A stretch of 62,997 nt of DNA, the filler included, from Choristocarpus tenellus KU-1152 (Eukaryota > Protista > Phaeophyceae): the NCBI GenBank assembly GCA_964200185.2. It is 12 parts of 12 records of this genome, joined end to end, with 100 filler letters (N's around TTAATTAATTAA, not from the genome) between each part and the next. Parts side by side here need not be neighbours in the genome. Positions count along the whole stretch, not along the records: positions 1 to 10,962 come from CAXNAD020002601.1; positions 11,063 to 15,551 come from CAXNAD020014327.1; 10 more parts are not named here. One strand, given 5' to 3'. The notes below the pieces were generated by a model, which had not been told where the DNA came from, did no database searches, and saw only the letters and a list, made by a program, of their open reading frames with translations. Positions 1 to 12,062 of this stretch are shown in pieces. A program made the translations under genes and the position numbers. Numbering within the stretch: the stretch's first letter is position 1; each line of letters opens with the position of its first letter.

Positions 1-953
1 CCCCCAGATACTTTGACCCTTTCCTTGCATGAACTAACCCCAACATTAACCTTAACCCCAACCTTAACAGGACAAGGTCCTTGAGGGACACACACAAGGT
101 GGAGGTAAGACATTCATTATTTAGAGTACCTGGAGGACAACACTATTGTCATCTTGTACCAGCAAGTGTATGGTTGTCGGACAACAGCACCACATGGACA
201 TTGCAAGGTTGGGGAGAGGGATTTGTTGGGATGTGAGGTGAAGACTTAGCGCTGCTGGGACTATTGTATACTACGGTGGCAAAGCAGTAGACTTTTTACC
301 AGAACGATCCACACATATTTACCTATGCAACAGATGGTGCAGTTATGATATCTCTACAACCTGTTATTGCATGTTGCCCTGCTTGCTGAAGAGACTACTT
401 CTTACGTCTTCTCTAGTGGTCACCACTCCCTCTTGGAGCTTTATCACTTTTGAGTAGCTAAGTTTCAAATGGCAAAGTTGCAACAATTTTCATCTTCGTT
501 TAATTGGTATGAAGGGTTAAAGTTAGGGTTAGGGTTACATTGATATCAAAACGTATGGGCAGAACACTGACATGTACGATTTCTTCCTTTGGATGACCAG
601 CACACTCAACATTTTTAGGCATGAACTCACATACTTGGGAAAGAGGATCGAGAAGAGTGACCTCTGTGCCTGCAATCCATACCAGTTCAAATCGCAGGCT
701 GCTACCTTGAATAGCACCAAGGACAAGACTTGGTTAGGCAGGTCGATAATCCTACTTCAAGCATCGCACCTCAAGTCCAGTGATGAGAAAATGATCTCTG
801 AGCTGACACTAAGTGTGACGAACGTTGTGCATTTTCGGACAAAGGTACTATACTTTTGGACTACAACGTCAAAAAAGACGAATATCTCGAGGCGAAACCA
901 CCAAATATTATTGTTGTTCGTATCCCGATGCCCCCCTCCCCCTTTTTGGTCAT

Positions 954-1212
954 GAGCCAAAGTATCTTAGAGGGTACAGTCGCGTCCATTTGGGGACCAA
1001 AATCCGATGATGCAATTTTGATGTAATTTTGACTATAGATTTGTTAGGAGATTTCAATATCCTTGTCTGGACACTCCTTTTCATGATTTATACATTTTAC
1101 CTACTCCGAAACATTTTGGAGTAGATAAAAAATGTCAATACAAACCCATGGGAAGCCAAGCCCCACATGGACAAACAGGACAAAATTCGTACCCTCTAAG
1201 ATACTTTCACTC
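954..1212 (+). mobile_element. MITE family 1 (Sola-like), full copy
   Basis: About 260 bp with TIRs GAGCCAAAGTATCTTAGAGGGTA ... TACCCTCTAAGATACTTTCACTC; CAT duplicated on both flanks; homologous copies elsewhere in the window. Confidence 0.85.
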
Positions 1213-4200
1213 CATTTGTATGACTGTGTAGAGCATGCATTTTCCTTGGTCTATCTATCTATCTATCTACATTTCAAATGGATAAAGAAAAAAAAAACAC
1301 TCACTTGATTCTCTAGAAACTATCCTCTACCGGTTGGAAAGCATGGTGTTGGCATGACTACACCTCCAATGAGGATACACCTTGGACAGAATGCACAGAA
1401 AGATTTACCCCGAAACTTTGACTATCTCCTCTCAAGCATGGGACGTATCATCCGCCATTGTTAGATGTCGCAAGTACTTTTAACTATGCATCAGTAGTAT
1501 TAGTCTTATCCCCATCCATTGCACACACCTATTGTCCACGTTCCAGGACTGACCAACTCATCAACCTCACGGGTGATATTTGGTCCATAGTAGCGGCATT
1601 TTCCCCAACTGCTCACATTAAAGTTTTGATATCCAAATAACCTTTGATTTACTCTGTTGAGAAAAAAGTTAGCTGCAGAAGTGGTACTGTCTTCGGTGGC
1701 TACAGCCAGAGTGGTCGATCCATCAACATCTTGTGTGGCTGTGACGAAGAGGTATGCACTGTTGGGCGAGAAGGAGGCATTGCAGGGTAATCTTAGTATC
1801 ACTCCTTTCTAGAGTGAAGATACAAAGGCTTACTGAAGTACATATTATCACATCCATTCCGTTTGACTTTGTCAATCTACCTATGATACCCTATACCCTA
1901 TGTAATGCCCCTGTAGTGAATCTTGCTGCCTCTTCCATGACTGAGTGAAAGAATTATGAGCACCCAGGAAAATGTAAGTCTTAGCACTAGTGTTGCCCCA
2001 GAACATTCAGTTTGATTCTTTTCCATTATTGAGGACAATGATAGGGTCGATTTGCTCTGCAGCACTGGTTACCAGGACATTGTTTGGGGTCCAGTTGCTC
2101 CAAGACTTATTTTCTTTGTCACTAGCACTAGGCTTAACATCAGTTGTCAGGGTCATGTTTAGCACCATTTGCTCTGTAGAGTCTGTTTCACCCCATGATG
2201 TTTGAGGGCATTCTCCCTCTAGTACTTGCTGTTCAGAACAATACTTGCTGCCATTCACTCTTTCTTGTAGTCTTCACTCATAAAAAATTAACCTTCTCAA
2301 CCTGTTACCAGAGACTGTAGAGCATAGAAAGTGTTAAATGGAAGAAAACGTAAAAAAACAAAAAACAAAAAAGAAATGTGCACTCACAACTTTTGCTCAC
2401 AACAGGTATAGACCACCAAACAATTGGGATCAATTACTCCATAAAATCATCTGTGACGTCCATTGTCCACAGTGCCATTCAATCCGCAACATGCCATGTC
2501 CAGAAACAAAGGCTCTGGTTGTGATATGCAAGTATTATGTCCTACCCTGGGTGTGGAGAATATGTTTTCTATGTTTATCACCCTAAAATGTAATAGGGTA
2601 GATGAAATACCTGGGGATCGATCGTAAATCACCTCTGAAGACCAAGTTATAGCTTGCTCACTTGTCAAGTGCATGAATACCATCAGACTTGTAACACCAT
2701 ACAATCAAGAACGAAGTACTATTCAAGACTTTTGCCCAACAACTATATGACACTTAGCAAAGAGCCAAACCAATTGAGAGGTAGGGCAGCTTTGGACCCT
2801 TTTGCATCGCAAGCCATACTTCTTATCCTGTGCAATTCACCCTATTTCATTGCCTTATGTGCACATTGGTGAAACGTAAAATGAATGCTCCCCCTTTCCA
2901 CACACGAAGGTACACCACAATTAAGCAAAGGTTATCTGTGCAATTGCACAAAATAGAGCATTTTTACATTTTTTCATGATGCATAAATGGAACTCTGACT
3001 ATCTCTCAATTGGTTTGCCTCTAACGAATGCAGTAAGTGCCAGCACCACAGTTGCGACCATGTTACATACAGAATACAATAATAGTAATAGTTTTTGCAT
3101 GGTCCTCACTGATTATACAGTGCAAAATAATAGACGTACATAGCACGTGAGTCACTATGGCACAGAAATGCAAGCAAGCTTGGTTATTGCTCCCTTCATG
3201 CACTTGCACAAACATGTACTCTGACATACATACCTGTGGATCGGTGAAGAGGGAGGAATGGGCAAATCAGTGAAGGAGACAGCAAAGGAAAAATCTTCTC
3301 CTAGGAGCCCCAGCTTGTAATTGTCATCTGTGATGAGGTGCATACACAATGGTCAGGGATCAATCGATACAAGGTTGTACCATCACTTCACCTAAGTTTG
3401 GGGTTTACCACCATGTGAATTATATAGACAGACCTAAGCAATCATTGCAATATTTTCAGAGTACTCAATAGTACTTGGAACATGATGAAGAAAATGAAAA
3501 CGCTGATTCCATTGCTCACATACAATAAGAGAACCGACGTAGATCGCTGTCCCAGATGGATCTATCTGTAGTTGCAGGGAAGAAGTTGGGGTAAAGATTG
3601 TAATGGCTAGAGGAGTGTCATGAGGATAGATAAGGTGAGTAATTTAAACACGCGTGTTCGTCTGAAAGATTTCTTTTACATTGTGTTAAGATGTCTCTTG
3701 GGTAGTTGTGAACTCTTTCGTTAATACTTCGAATGTAACTTCTTTGCACTGTGTAAGATTGGTGTAAGATCTACGAGATGTATGTGTGTATATATATCAA
3801 GTTTTATTGTTATTGTTTTGCTCAGAAACGATTTCCAGATGTTTTCGTGGAGGGAATAAGAAGAAGCGAAGGCAAAAGAGTTATATTTGAAAAACATGAG
3901 ACCTCCTATTTTTAGACATCAAAAGCTGAGAATGGTCCTAAACTAGCATATGTGTGTCTCGCAATTGCTATGTTCCAGAGTATTTTGGAGCATAGTTAAT
4001 CAGGTTCGGCACCATCGACGTGGAGGTCAATATCTCGCTCTTGCAGGCAACATACTTCAAGAGTAGTACGTAATATTACATTTTTGCTCCTTCAGTTTTC
4101 CACGCAATCACCTGATACGTGCACGTGAGTGGATTGCTTGCAGTCGTCAATGATGCAGCCTGCAAAGGCAGTTCGTCGACACCAGTACCACTCGTTTCCA

Positions 4201-5239
4201 TGCTGCTATCAGGAGATGATAGCGACCTCGACTTCCCCCTCATGGGCGTTGTCGTGACATCGAAATCCGTCGGTGGAATAGAGTCACGAGTGCTCTCTTT
4301 CTCCATTACATCATTCGATTGGTACAGGACTTCATTAGTTCGTGTCGAGTGGACATTAGCATTCCTTGACGCAAATAGTGCTTCTTCAACACCTACACAC
4401 AGTTCCAAACAATGATTCGCAACAAGATTGATGAGAAGAAATTGAAACCTGAGCCTCATCCTTCGAAAAATAATCCGTACTACAGATCTTGGATGGGAAG
4501 AGGAGGACTTCGCTATGGTGTTAGTTTCGTGATAATGAGATTTACCTCACCATGTTTTGAAATTAAGGGACAGAGGTCTTACGTGCGAAGAGATGAGCTG
4601 ATTGGACAAGAAATATATTTTTGTTCATCACACATCATATTTGGAGGTACAACAAACAGAAAGTGAAAGTTTACGAAGTAATCTGAGTTTTGTGGGTGGA
4701 AGAACTCTGGTTGGCTGGGGGCACAGGACAAGGGAAGGTAGTGGAAAGAAAAAGAAGGAAGCAGGAAGAGAACGAATAGTTGAGGAATGACTGGCTAAGG
4801 GGAAAAAGGTTAAAAGAAATGAGTGGTAGGAAGAGAGAAGGGGAAGGAATGTTCAGTATTTAATAAGAGGGCTGAGAACCAAGGGTACAGGACGAGGAGG
4901 GTGAGGCCAAGACAACCACCGAGCAAGCTCTCGCCGGAATGGATCAAGACAGAACCCGAACAATATTTCCGACACTGGAAGGGAGAAAGGTCCGAGGGAA
5001 GGGGCATACATGGAACAAAGAATTACGAAAGACTGACCACGATGTTATGGTGGAGTGAAACAAGGTTAGACGTGTAAATGATGAATCGGCCAATTCCCAC
5101 AGTCGTGGCCCTAGTAGAGATGGGAGTACATGCTAATTCGGTAGGTTATTAATGCTGATATTATTAGGTTAGTACACAGAGTAGAAAGGGAAAGGGTTGA
5201 GGGACCTGCCATAGTTACAGTCCAAGGGGTTGACGGGAA

Positions 5240-5780
5240 CTAGGAGCAGAGTGTGCCGGTTATGCCACGAACAGGGTTATCCCATGGAAATCACGATAAA
5301 AATGGGAAAGTTAACGGGTCAGGGTAGAAGTAGTGTACCTGGGCTAATCTTGTGGAGTAAGTGCAGTTTAGATATCGCTCAAAAGGTAGGGCCGGGACTG
5401 ATGCTAGGTTTATATTGAGCGGTGGGATCGCGTGGATTTGTTTTCCGCTGCTTACATTATTCAACCTAACCCATAGGACAAAAGAAAATCGACTGCGTGG
5501 GCTCGCTGTAGGATGATGTAGAGGGGCCCATTTTGTTTAAGGGTAACGCGTGGAAGCTACGAGGTTAGTGATGGGACGTTTACAAAGCACAGGCATCCTG
5601 TGAATCGGTGGTTATGTCATTATGAGTAGCCATAGAATTTATGGATTATAGCTACAAACTGGGAAATAACAAGGCATAGAAAACAAAACAAAAAAGAAAA
5701 CCTGCATAGGTATTTCAGAGCACCGAATTAGACCAGAGGGTAGGTGGAGATTCTAGGTGGAGTCACAGCTACGAAATTAA
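5240..5780 (+). pseudogene. Degenerate tyrosine recombinase relic of a DIRS/Ngaro-type retroelement
   Basis: Broken frames give ITIKMGKLTGQGRSSVP, TKENR..ARCR..RHPV and GISEHRIRPEGRWR (5709-5750), the last resembling the G-x5-I-x3-GRW C-terminal YR motif. Recognised by eye only. Confidence 0.35.
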
Positions 5781-6617
5781 GTACAGATAATGGCAGAGTC
5801 CCGGATGGAAATGCAGTAGGTGGGAATTTTAGGTGGAGTGAATGTCACAAAAGTAAGATCTGGGGATTGGCAGTAGATGTATTTTAAAAAAAAAAACTGA
5901 GATGCGATAGGTGAAAGAAAAATGGACTGGGCGAAAACATAAAAATATGCAGATAAAGAAGGGCACACTAATATAAACACGGGGGTAGGGAAGTGGATAA
6001 CTATACCTCCTACATCACCCTGTGTACGAATGTGGGATAACTGTGTGAATAAAAGGCTACGGTTAAAGATGGGAGGTTACATCTGAGGGCTTTAGATTGT
6101 AAAAAAAAAGAAGATCAAAGAAACAGGGGGGTAAGGAGAGGGACAAAAAAAGGTATGACCGTTAAAGGAAGTTTTTGTAGGCATCCTTTTTTACAATTAG
6201 GAACAAGTTGCCACAGTGAAGGAAAGTGATTACAAAAAGATAGTGCCCAACAGTAGGATGATCACTTTAAGCCAATAAAAAGGCTGGGGAGGGAGGGGGG
6301 AGATTCAGGTCACAGTAGTGGGGTGAACTAAATACAATGGTATGGCATGAACGTCTCCACAGTTTGAAGTGCACAAGGAGTTGAAATATATGTGCTCAAT
6401 TGAAAGGAACATATAGGAATAATATGCTACAATCCCCTCAAAAAATAAATAAATATATATATATACTGTAATTGTTGACATAGAAGTGTCTAGGGAGATT
6501 TAATTTGTTTAGGTGAGCCCTGAACCATTTCAAAAATAAAAAAGCACACTTCGCTAAACCTAAATACATAATATAACTATGAAGATCTCACACCCAAGTC
6601 AACTCACAAGCAGGTAC

Positions 6618-7474
6618 GACTGATCCAGGTCAATAATGCACAATACATGTTTTAGTCCTTGCGGGACCCATCCAGACTAGTAGTCCCTACCAGATTACAC
6701 GAGGCAATAATGAGGAGGGTGCATGAACAATGTTTGAGCAATGGATTGATCCCTAACGAGGGGCGGGAAGGTGGACATGAGTATACAGGTATAACGCAGA
6801 TGTTGGATGGAGGTGATGTCCAACAGCCTTTCAAGGTAAGAGGAGTTCAAGAACACGCAGGGGGCGCGGGGGAGGGGGGGCATAGGCAAGAGAATTCGAG
6901 ATGTATCTTATCAAGGACAGTCGCTTTAAAGGTATGCCTTGGTCAGATGATGGATATTCCCCTTTTGTCAAAGACTAGAGGGTAGTGGCCTTTTTGGGAT
7001 TAAATGCTCCAAGTAAATGTGATGATATCAACAGTGGTAATGTCGAGGGGGGAGGGGGGGGGAGCATAGGCTTATGAAACTCCTAATCAAACCAGCGGAA
7101 ACCTTGTAAGAGCATTAAGTATAACAGACTCCACCTAAAATAAAAAAATAAGGGGAGTTTAATATCGGCACTATCAGGAGCGTGTGGCTAGCCACAAATT
7201 GGGGGTACTAAGACTGATCTAGACTAACACATGACCATTACATGTCCTAGCCCTTATGGAACCCATCCAGACTAGCCCCTACCAGATTACGCAAGGCAAT
7301 GGCGAGGAGGGTGCATGAACAATGTTCGAACAATGGGTTGATCCCCGACTTGGGATGGGAATGCCAACTTGAGATTACAGGTACAGTACAGAAACTAGAG
7401 GGAGCTGATCTCTAACAGCCTGTCAAGGTAGATGAAGGTCAAGAAAGTACAGAGGAGTTGGGGGGGGGGGGGGG
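6618..7474 (+). repeat. Diverged direct repeat pair, about 260 bp each (6618-6880 and 7212-7474)
   Basis: Shared blocks such as ACCCATCCAGACTAG, CTACCAGATTAC, GAGGAGGGTGCATGAACAATGTT and AACAGCCT.TCAAGGTA. Confidence 0.8.
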
Positions 7475-7945
7475 TATACTTCTGAAATTCATAATCAAAC
7501 CCACCTGAAGCCCATCAAAGCAGTCAGTATTACGGATTACATCCCAAACTATCCAGCAGAAATATGTATATATATATATGATACTAAAAAGAAAGAAGCT
7601 TCGTTTCAGAAAGGCAAGAAGTGTGTGAGTAGTAAGGATATGGGGTACCATGTGCGAGGAGGCCTAGCTGCAAGTGATAGGACCCAACAACGACTTCCAA
7701 ACAGACAAAAATGAAGTGGTTGGCTGAACTCCTTTCAAAACACTGTTCCGGGGTATGTCGCTGCCCAAGTTTGACCAGTGTGGCGATACCGAAAAAAAAT
7801 CAACATTTCCGGACATTTTTTCAACGCCTTTTGTAGACTTTGTGTGAGCACACAACGTAACTTACACAATAACATTAACCACGATGGTGAGACAAGGAGA
7901 GCTGCCGAGGCTACTCTGCCCTCTGGATTCACCTTCGACACCTTC

Positions 7946-8306
7946 TGTTCGTACATAGTGCTGCTGACACACAGACACCACCGGTGGAGTAGATAATAGG
8001 ATGGAGAGCCAGTGACGGATATATTATATGTACTGACTCATAGTGTTGATTTTTATATCATGTTCAAGATACACTTTCTATACTTAAGACAAGTAAATAG
8101 GTGATTCATAGTAAATTAGTGTGGACGATACAAACCCCGCACTATAGAAATGATAATGGTAGTCTAGGCTGTAGTCTTACCTCCGTGGTCAATGGAATTA
8201 CAACCACAAACCCCTTGTAATATTAACTTTGCTCATCTACATCAAGCTGTTCATTGTCCTTCATCGAAGTACCAAAGCAGTGGGTCCAGTGTGGGATACT
8301 TCAACA
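7946..8306 (+). repeat. 5' LTR
   Basis: TG...CA ends; homologous to 9802-10210 (e.g. ATAATGGTAGTCTAGGCTGTAGTCTTACC, CTTTGCTCATCTACATCAAG). Confidence 0.8.
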
Positions 8307-9505
8307 TGCGACGTAGCGGACCGATTATTCCTGGGATGTTGTGCGAAGCAACAAGACTAGTAGTGAGCATTATTATTGTGCGTAAGGAATCTGCCACGAA
8401 TGCAGCCAAGAACACATCACTCCCCATGTTTGCCAGAAAGCTCGTTGAAGACTCTTACTCCTTTGCTGTGAGGGCTCAGGCCACGGTTGGTGTTCATGAT
8501 TGTGTAACAGCTCTTTGTGGGTCCGACATTATCTGTAGGGGGCCCATCTGGGCAGTTGATGCAGAATCTGCAAATCCCCAGAGTGATGAAGATGATGACG
8601 TGGAGCATCCTCCAATAGTACTTGTTCCTGATATGATCAGCAACATGGACCTTCAACTGGCAACTAAGCAGACAAGGAAGGCGTGGCAGCTGATGCTGCT
8701 CATGCTGCAAGACCGGGCTTTGCATGTGTTTATCGCACCTGGGTCTCCATGTGCAGGGTGGCGCGCCCTTGATGCGGTGTTCATGCCAAACAACCGCCAG
8801 GAGACCAGGCGCATACGCCAGGAGCTCGATCGTATGACTATTGATGACAGGAAGGACCCGTCTCCAGGTCTTACAGAGTTATCCAGATTAGCTACGAGAC
8901 TGGAGTCGATGGGAGAAGTGATAGCAGAAGAGACCAAGGTGGCAACCATTCTGAACAAGCTAGGGGAGAACTACTCCCAAGTCAAGAGCTTCGTGGATTA
9001 TGAGGAAACCAAGACGGTGAAGAATGTTGAAGAAATGGTGGTGGCGAGATTCAAAGACCTGCAAGCGATCAATATGGGTAAGTCCACTGGTAGTGGCCAA
9101 GCTTTGGTTGCAAGTGCGGTAAAGAATTCCTCGGGCAGAAAGGGGCGTGGGAAGGGGCGCATAGTTTGTTACATGTGTGGCAAAGATGGCCACACGAAAA
9201 ATGACTGCCCCGACCTGGACAGGGGACAACACGCAGGTGCCTCTGCAAGATTGGGGGAGGATGAAGATAAAGATGGAAGATGCCCAAGGTGTACAGGGTT
9301 AGGACATGACTATGACGAATGTCCCCTGACAGTTCGGGCCAGGGAGAAAACCAGAAAACCTCCAAGAAGAGGGGACAAGAACGCGCATATGGTATCTACA
9401 ACGACTCCTCCGTCCTCGAACCAAGAGGACCTTATTGAAAGGATGGAAAGGTTGGAAGGATTCATCGGTTCTTATTTTGGTGAAACTGAACGTTTTTCTC
9501 TGTGA
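8192..9505 (+). CDS. gag: Copia-type Gag (UBN2/Retrotran_gag_2-like capsid plus two CCHC zinc knuckles); true start probably at 8306 or 8426
   Basis: 437-aa open frame; WRALDAVF...ETKVATILNKLGENYSQV gag signature; CYMCGKDGHTKNDC and CPRCTGLGHDYDEC knuckles. Confidence 0.85.
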   Translation: MELQPQTPCNINFAHLHQAVHCPSSKYQSSGSSVGYFNMRRSGPIIPGMLCEATRLVVSIIIVRKESATNAAKNTSLPMFARKLVEDSYSFAVRAQATVGVHDCVTALCGSDIICRGPIWAVDAESANPQSDEDDDVEHPPIVLVPDMISNMDLQLATKQTRKAWQLMLLMLQDRALHVFIAPGSPCAGWRALDAVFMPNNRQETRRIRQELDRMTIDDRKDPSPGLTELSRLATRLESMGEVIAEETKVATILNKLGENYSQVKSFVDYEETKTVKNVEEMVVARFKDLQAINMGKSTGSGQALVASAVKNSSGRKGRGKGRIVCYMCGKDGHTKNDCPDLDRGQHAGASARLGEDEDKDGRCPRCTGLGHDYDECPLTVRAREKTRKPPRRGDKNAHMVSTTTPPSSNQEDLIERMERLEGFIGSYFGETERFSL

Positions 9506-9801
9506 CTGCCTTCTCTTGTGTTTTTCGAAATGTTTTGATTTGAATTTGTCCCCCATCTGTCATGTATTTTAGTGCATGCCCACAGTAGTCAAGTGACAGG
9601 TGTGATGTTGTATGCAGACTGACATTAGTCAGGGAGAGGTTTTTCCTCACTTTTGTGTATGGTCTATCAGTAGTAAGTCAATTGATTAGTAGCACACTTT
9701 TCAAGGATTCACTTTAGGCGTGACACTAGGGGTATTTCGTGGGTCGTGGGAGACGCATTTTGGTATGGCTAAGGACCCGCAGTAGAAAGCACCCCAGGAT
9801 G

Positions 9802-10210
9802 TGTTCGTAGAGATTGTGATTGGATAGGTAGGAAGTAACAGCTCCACCATATTACTTTATTGTATGTACTGACTCATAATTTTGATTGATTTTTATATCA
9901 TGTCCAAGATACACTATCTATACTTAAGACAAGGAAACAAGTGAGTCTTTTCATATCATGTCCAAGATACACTATCTATACTTAAGACAAGTAAACAAGT
10001 GAGTCATAGTAAATTAGTGGGGATGATTACAAATCCCACACTATAGAAATTATAATGGTAGTCTAGGCTGTAGTCTTACCCACATAGTCAGTCGGTGGAA
10101 TTGAGACCATAAGCCCTGTTGTAATATTGACTTTGCTCATCTACATCAAGGTGTTCATTGTCCTTCACTAAAGCACCAAACGCGCGGGTCCAACGTGGAA
10201 TATTTTAACA
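9802..10210 (+). repeat. 3' LTR with an internal tandem duplication of about 57 bp (about 9891-10006)
   Basis: ATATCATGTCCAAGATACACTATCTATACTTAAGACAAG occurs twice; the 5' LTR has one copy. Confidence 0.8.
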
Positions 10211-10214
10211 TTCC

Positions 10215-10885
10215 GATCCTCACCTGCACTCCCAAATTTCTCAAGGTACCCTTTGAGATATGTCCACTAGTTTTCCTGTCTACCTTACTTCAGTCTTCCT
10301 GCCCCAATGATCGATCATCCCTCATGTGCGTGTACCTGAAGCACATAGGAGTTTTCACTTGCGCACCGTTGGCTTGATACCCTCACAACCAGTCCACCAG
10401 AGCATTTTTGTAGGACAGGACATGATCGGTGTGTTCCCATTTGTGGAATCCTATACAATAGCAGCGTAATTTGTGATGCGACTGGAGCTTCAGACATTGA
10501 ACCTGGTTGACTGTCCAAGTCATACGACTATAAACAGGAGTTGAAGTGCTGCAGTCTTGAGCATTTGTATCTGAGCTCAAGTGATACACCAAGATCCTGT
10601 CATATGCTACTTGGGCTATATTTTCAAAAACAAGCTTTCTGAATCCTCGGACTGATCTCAGCAGTGGTAATAGTGGCTTCGTCACTGATGGTGACTCCAA
10701 GGTAAACAATCATATCAGCCTAGTGATAGGTCTGGTCCAGAGCCTGGATTTGTAGAATTTCGCCAGCCTGGAACCGAAGACAGATGGTCACGTCTTCAAA
10801 TCCGACACGTTCAGACCGAATGATCTGGCCACCTTCGTAAGCACTACCAGCGTCATCAGCATAGATCATACCCCACATGAACCAG
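10215..10885 (-). pseudogene. Non-LTR (RTE-like LINE) reverse transcriptase fragment, degenerate
   Basis: Minus strand WGMIYADDAG (RT YADD motif, about 10850-10880) followed by HHKLRCYCIGFHKWEHTDHVLSYKNAL, typical of the LINE RT C-terminus; frameshifted. Confidence 0.75.
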
Positions 10886-10962
10886 TTAAGTTTTATTTTC
10901 CACTCCCTGGTGTTCCTCTGATAACAGCCGATTTCAAAAATTGAGGATGGAGCTTTTTATTG

Positions 10963-11062
10963 NNNNNNNNNNNNNNNNNNNNNNNNNNNNNNNNNNNNNN
11001 NNNNNNTTAATTAATTAANNNNNNNNNNNNNNNNNNNNNNNNNNNNNNNNNNNNNNNNNNNN
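10963..11062. other. Artificial contig linker N44-TTAATTAATTAA-N44 (also 15552-15651, 18597-18696, 31097-31196, 33720-33819, 39706-39805, 42688-42787, 47090-47189, 49739-49838, 53261-53360, 57683-57782)
   Basis: Identical 100-bp spacer with stops in all six frames, present 11 times. Confidence 0.98.
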
Positions 11063-11372
11063 TCGGTTCCCCATCCTTTTGTCCCGGCTTGGGTGAGGGC
11101 AAGGAGGAGGATGAGGACAATGGGTCATGAACTGTTCTACTTGAGATGATCTTGGAGGACTCAGTTCCTTTAGCCTCAGCTGCCAGGACCCTGTACACTG
11201 ATTCGACCTTTGAGGTGAGAGGAAGGAGGGTGAGGGTGGGTTGGGAGATGTGTACGTACTTTTCTGTGTGATCATTGTTAAGATGAGTATGGAGTATTGA
11301 CACCATTTGAATGAGGTAATACAAATTTAACAAAGGGGGTCATACTTACCAATGCATTTACAGCCAGAACTT

Positions 11373-11634
11373 GAGCCAAAGTGTCTTAGAGGGTAGAGCC
11401 GCGTCCATTTGGGGACCAAAATCCACTTTTGCGATTTTGATGTAATTTTGGCTATCGCATTTGTTAGGAAGTGTCAATATATCCTTGTTCCGGACACACC
11501 TTTTCATAGCGTATACATTTTACCTACTCCGAAACATTTTGGAGTAGAAAAATGTAATGAAGAAACTCCATGGGAAGCCAAGCCCCAAACGGACAAACAT
11601 GGCAAAACTCGTACCCTCTAAAATAATTTCACTC
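11373..11634 (+). mobile_element. MITE family 1 (Sola-like), full copy
   Basis: GAGCCAAAGTG...TTTCACTC termini; 4-bp TSD ACTT on both sides. Confidence 0.88.
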
Positions 11635-12062
11635 ACTTTTCTATCTTGGATAGGTATGTAGTATTCTAACGCAAAACACCGCATTTCCTACTCTTCAGGA
11701 GGATGTAAACTAAGGAACACACACTCTGCATCCCTCATCATAACGAAAATTCCAAAACATTTCCCTTTTTGCTCCTCATGCTGTTGGAGGGATATAGGAC
11801 AGTGAGATAGAATGAGAAAATATGTGCCCAGCATAGAGAGCTATATCCCTGTACCATATCTGGAACCATGGGCAGCATACAATGTAGTGCAACCCTTTTG
11901 TTGGAAACAAATGCCCTGAGGATTACGCAAGGTTTGCCAATTACATTTACAGAACATTTTATATGTTTCGGAATAGTACTGTTTTAGAGAGTAACAACAA
12001 AGGAGTTGTGGGCATGTTTCCCGTGTGTGCTGTGTGTTCATTCACTTCAAACGAACGTGATA

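Larger units (their letters stand above)
7946..10210 (+). mobile_element. Gag-only Ty1/copia-type LTR retrotransposon (TR-GAG-like)
   Basis: Two LTRs beginning TGTTCGTA and ending AACA (7946-8306, 9802-10210) share about 280 bp; the single internal ORF is gag; no protease, integrase or RT between the gag stop (9505) and the 3' LTR. Confidence 0.8.

Noticed and set aside
1300-4700. Short ORFs at the window start
   Set aside because: No motifs, CpG-poor decayed sequence; treated as unclassified old repeat DNA.
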